A DNA stretch of 62,412 bases, the filler included, from Stramenopiles sp. TOSAG23-6 (lineage: Eukaryota): NCBI GenBank assembly GCA_900128565.1. It is 18 parts of 18 records of this genome, joined end to end, with 100 filler letters (N's around TTAATTAATTAA, not from the genome) between each part and the next. Parts side by side here need not be neighbours in the genome. Positions count along the whole stretch, not along the records: positions 59,053 to 62,412 come from LT637541.1; 17 more parts are not named here. The stretch is one strand, 5' to 3'. This document shows, in pieces, positions 59,053-62,412 of the stretch. Position 1 is the stretch's first letter. Each line of letters opens with the position of its first letter. The position numbers and the translations under genes were made by a program. The notes beneath the pieces are model-generated. The model ran no database searches, was not told the DNA's origin, and was given only the letters and a program-made list of their open reading frames with translations.

Positions 59053-62000
59053 AGCAATTCATCATTTTTAAGAGCAATGCGAGTATTCGGACTTGAAAAA
59101 TCATTAAATAGAAGCTGAGTTGTTGTGACATTTGATAATATACCCACAAATGAATAGCTTGTTGAAGAACTTGAAGTGTTTCGAGTGTAAACCCTATCAC
59201 CAGTATCAAAAATATTCATTGCTCCGTTCCCTTTAATTGTAATTTTTTTGGCTCCACTATTTGCTGCTTCATCCACTCGCAAACCAGTGTTGGAGTCATT
59301 TATTGGATTTGTAGGATCTACCACCACATCATTTAGTCCATCGCATGAGTATTTAAATTTTCCTTCCTCACAGTAATAACCAGCTGGGCATTTTTGTGGT
59401 TCAACATTACTACCTGGGCAATACCAAGCAGTTTCAGCATTCTGTAAGGAAGAATCTGGATTTGACGAGTCCCAGATGCATGATTTCTTTTGCGTGGGAG
59501 TAGGACAGTACCAGCCAGCTGGGCAAGTATTGCTTTTAAAAGAGCCTTCTGGACAAAAACTACCTACTATAGTGCATTCTATCTGCTCTGTAGCCGTTGG
59601 GCAATAATGACCACTCAGACAAAGGTTTGGCGACATAGTTCCACTGGGGCAGAAATATCCAATATTGTCATAGTCGGTTATTGGGTTAGACAAATCTACA
59701 GGATCATCAATTGGTGCAGAACAAGAATACTTAAATTTGCCCTCTTCACAGTAAAATCCTTCAGGGCACATCTGAGGATAATCATTTCCACCTGAACAAA
59801 GCCAAGCGGTGGTGGAGTTTATCAGAGTCTGATCAACATTATTTGTGTTCCAAACACACGACTTCCTTGTTTTTGCTCCTGGGCAATACGAACCTGGTGG
59901 ACACTTTGTCATATCCTTACTACCACTTGGACAGTAGTACGCTGAGCCATCATAAATTTCTCCCCGCTTAACTGCATTATCCATTGAATTATATGGATAA
60001 TCTGACCACACACCAACCATATTCCCAGGGTCTCCAATAGTTGTACACGAGTTTTCATTTATTCTAGCAGGATACCATGTACCAGGCGGATCTAGGGTTT
60101 CACAGTCAGACTTTGAAGTACGTTCTGGTAATGTTTTTACAGTGGCATCATCAATACATGTATCGATATCAACATTAATGTTTCCTATCATACATCCTGA
60201 AAAAGGATATGCGCATGAATATTGATACTTGCCATCTTTACAATAAAATCCTTCGGGGCATCTTTTAAAGTTTTTTGATCCTACAGGGCAAATGTAGGCA
60301 GTTCCATCATATACGCCACCACGAGAAATAATTCCATTACTAGCGTCATATAGTGAACCCGACCAAGTGCCAGTGCTGTTATTAGGCTCACTCTTCGAAA
60401 TACATTCAGCTTCATTTGATCGTGCAGGATACCATATACCTGAAGGGTTGTTATTAATGCATGAAGTCTTATTTGAATGGGGCAAAATATCAACACCATT
60501 GCTTGAGATACACGTTGCAACATCAACATTGACATTTCCAACCATACACCCTGAAAATGGATATTTACATGAATATTGAAACTTTCCATCTTCACAATAA
60601 AAACCAGCAATACATTGTTCTGCGCTTGAAGAGCCTTCGGGGCAGAAATACCCTGTTACACGTGCATCCTCAAAAGAGATAGGGTTAGTCAAATCATAAT
60701 TTGGTGCATCTAGTGATGGATCAGCACAATTATATTTTTTCTTTCCGTCTTCACAGTAGTAACCAGCTGTACAAAGCTTTGGTGATTTTGTACCTTGAGG
60801 GCAATAGAATCCCAAACTATAATCAAGGATTGCTTTATCTGGATCACCAATAGCTGTCACTGTGACAGTTTCGCCACTACCCTGCCCTATAATTTCTGAA
60901 TTGAATGATATATTTTCCCCCACAACATATCCAGTACCAGGACTTGATGGACTCACAAGACAATCTTTTATATCCCCATTTTGAGAAATTTCAAGATTGA
61001 ATTTTGCGCCTGATCCACTACCACTTGATACCGATGAGATCAATTCATATATTCCTGGAACATAATTACTTGAAATCCCAGTACATGATACAGAAGCAAT
61101 ATTTGTTTCTGATCGGCTACAACTGTACTTAAATTTTCCCTCATTGCAATAGTATCCTTCGGGACACAATTCAGGGCTAGTACTTCCGCTTTTACAGTAG
61201 TATTCATCACCACATTTAGTTTGCACATGTCCCTCCTCACAGTAAAAACCAACTGGGCATTCCGTGATGATCGGACCTGAAAATTTATTTGTTATTTCAT
61301 CTCCACTGCCTTCAGGGCATAGCCATGACTTTTGTGGACCTGCTTCTGTAACTTTTCCAGATACATATGCATCACATATAGTTTCATTCATTCCAACTGG
61401 ACACCTACCATATATACAACTAACAGCTTTAGGCGACCCCTCACTGCAAAATGTACCCGTAGGACAAGTTGTACATACATTTTGGCCAATTTCATTGTTA
61501 TATTTTCCTTGCTCACAACTTCGACATATATCTATACCATGACAAAGGCCCTTCCAACGACAACCAGGAGTTTCTTTACACTTGGACATTCCATCTACGT
61601 CTTTGTACATATTGATATTACCACAAATTTCATTTTTATCTAGAGCTGTTCCAACACAAGACCCGTGAATCCAAATACGAGAAATATTGGGGGTGATATT
61701 GTCAGAGTCATGATCCCATTCCCCTTTACAACTATCTATAGTATTATGAGATTTATCTGAGCATCCTGGCTGAGTCCGCCATTCACAATTGGATACCTCG
61801 CAGTCACTCTGAGACGTCAAGTAACCACATTTTTCAGTCCACTTTCCCGTTAAAGCTTCACGACAGCCCAACCAGTCACAATCACCTTTACACATTGTTT
61901 CCGTTGTTTCCCCTATATCCATAATTTTAATCTTAATTAATCCATTAAAATTATTATTTGCATCGCCCGCTTCAAGAATGTCACCTACACTATATCCATC

Positions 62001-62412
62001 TCCAGTACTACTGACGTTACAAGAGCTAATCTTGCCGCCACTTATAGTGACGTTCACTGTAGCACTTTTACCAGCACAACCATTGTCATTGAAACTTGAT
62101 CTACAAATAGTTTGTACAGATAGATACGTACCATCATTCAATTCCTTTGAGTCGCTGAGGCAAATAATTGAAACAATACCAGAAGGCATTTGTGAACATT
62201 GATTAAAATGATACTGCCCAGTTTGACAAATCTGCATTGGAAAAATTGCAGAACTGGTACCTATACTGTTTGCAGCTTCTATATTTACTGAGTATTTATC
62301 GGCTGTACTGACAGAAATATCATAAATCTCAGAAGAGCCTACTTCGCACAGGGAAGATTCATTGTTGTATGCTAAATCACATCCGTTTCCTACTATTGAA
62401 CTACACGGCATA
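59053..62412 (-). CDS. Cys-rich repeat protein, variant 2
   Basis: Matches variant 1 (offset 3460) except in block 60852-61458. Confidence 0.85.

Overview
This window is not one locus. It is 18 unlinked, size-sorted contigs of about 3.36-3.38 kb from an AT-rich microbial eukaryote, joined by artificial 100-nt spacers (N44-TTAATTAATTAA-N44). One contig appears four times and two others twice, which looks like assembly redundancy. Recognisable genes include a Piwi-clade Argonaute, calpain, myotubularin, a PI3/PI4-kinase, an MSP-domain MAP3K-like kinase, a RAD54B-like SNF2 ATPase, SNAPC1, a KCTD9-like protein, an FkbM methyltransferase, a U-box/Sel1 protein and a large Cys-rich surface-type protein. 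The main signal is a stereotyped family of short introns (about 90-270 nt). They have an ordinary GT donor (GTAYGT/GTAGGT/GTTTGT), a conserved internal hairpin plus branch-like motif (GTACGAAATTTYGTACCTAAC) and an AATATTTTT box 10-12 nt before the acceptor, but most do not end in AG. By hand reconstruction of reading frames I placed 35 non-redundant introns: 21 end AT, 7 AG, 3 TT and one each AA, GG, GT and TG. In 17 of the 28 non-AG introns the last two intron bases repeat the last two bases of the upstream exon, around a GTA...TAC inverted core. That is the pattern expected of transposon-derived (Introner-like) introns spliced by a spliceosome that does not require AG. All boundaries are inferred from protein frames and need RNA confirmation.
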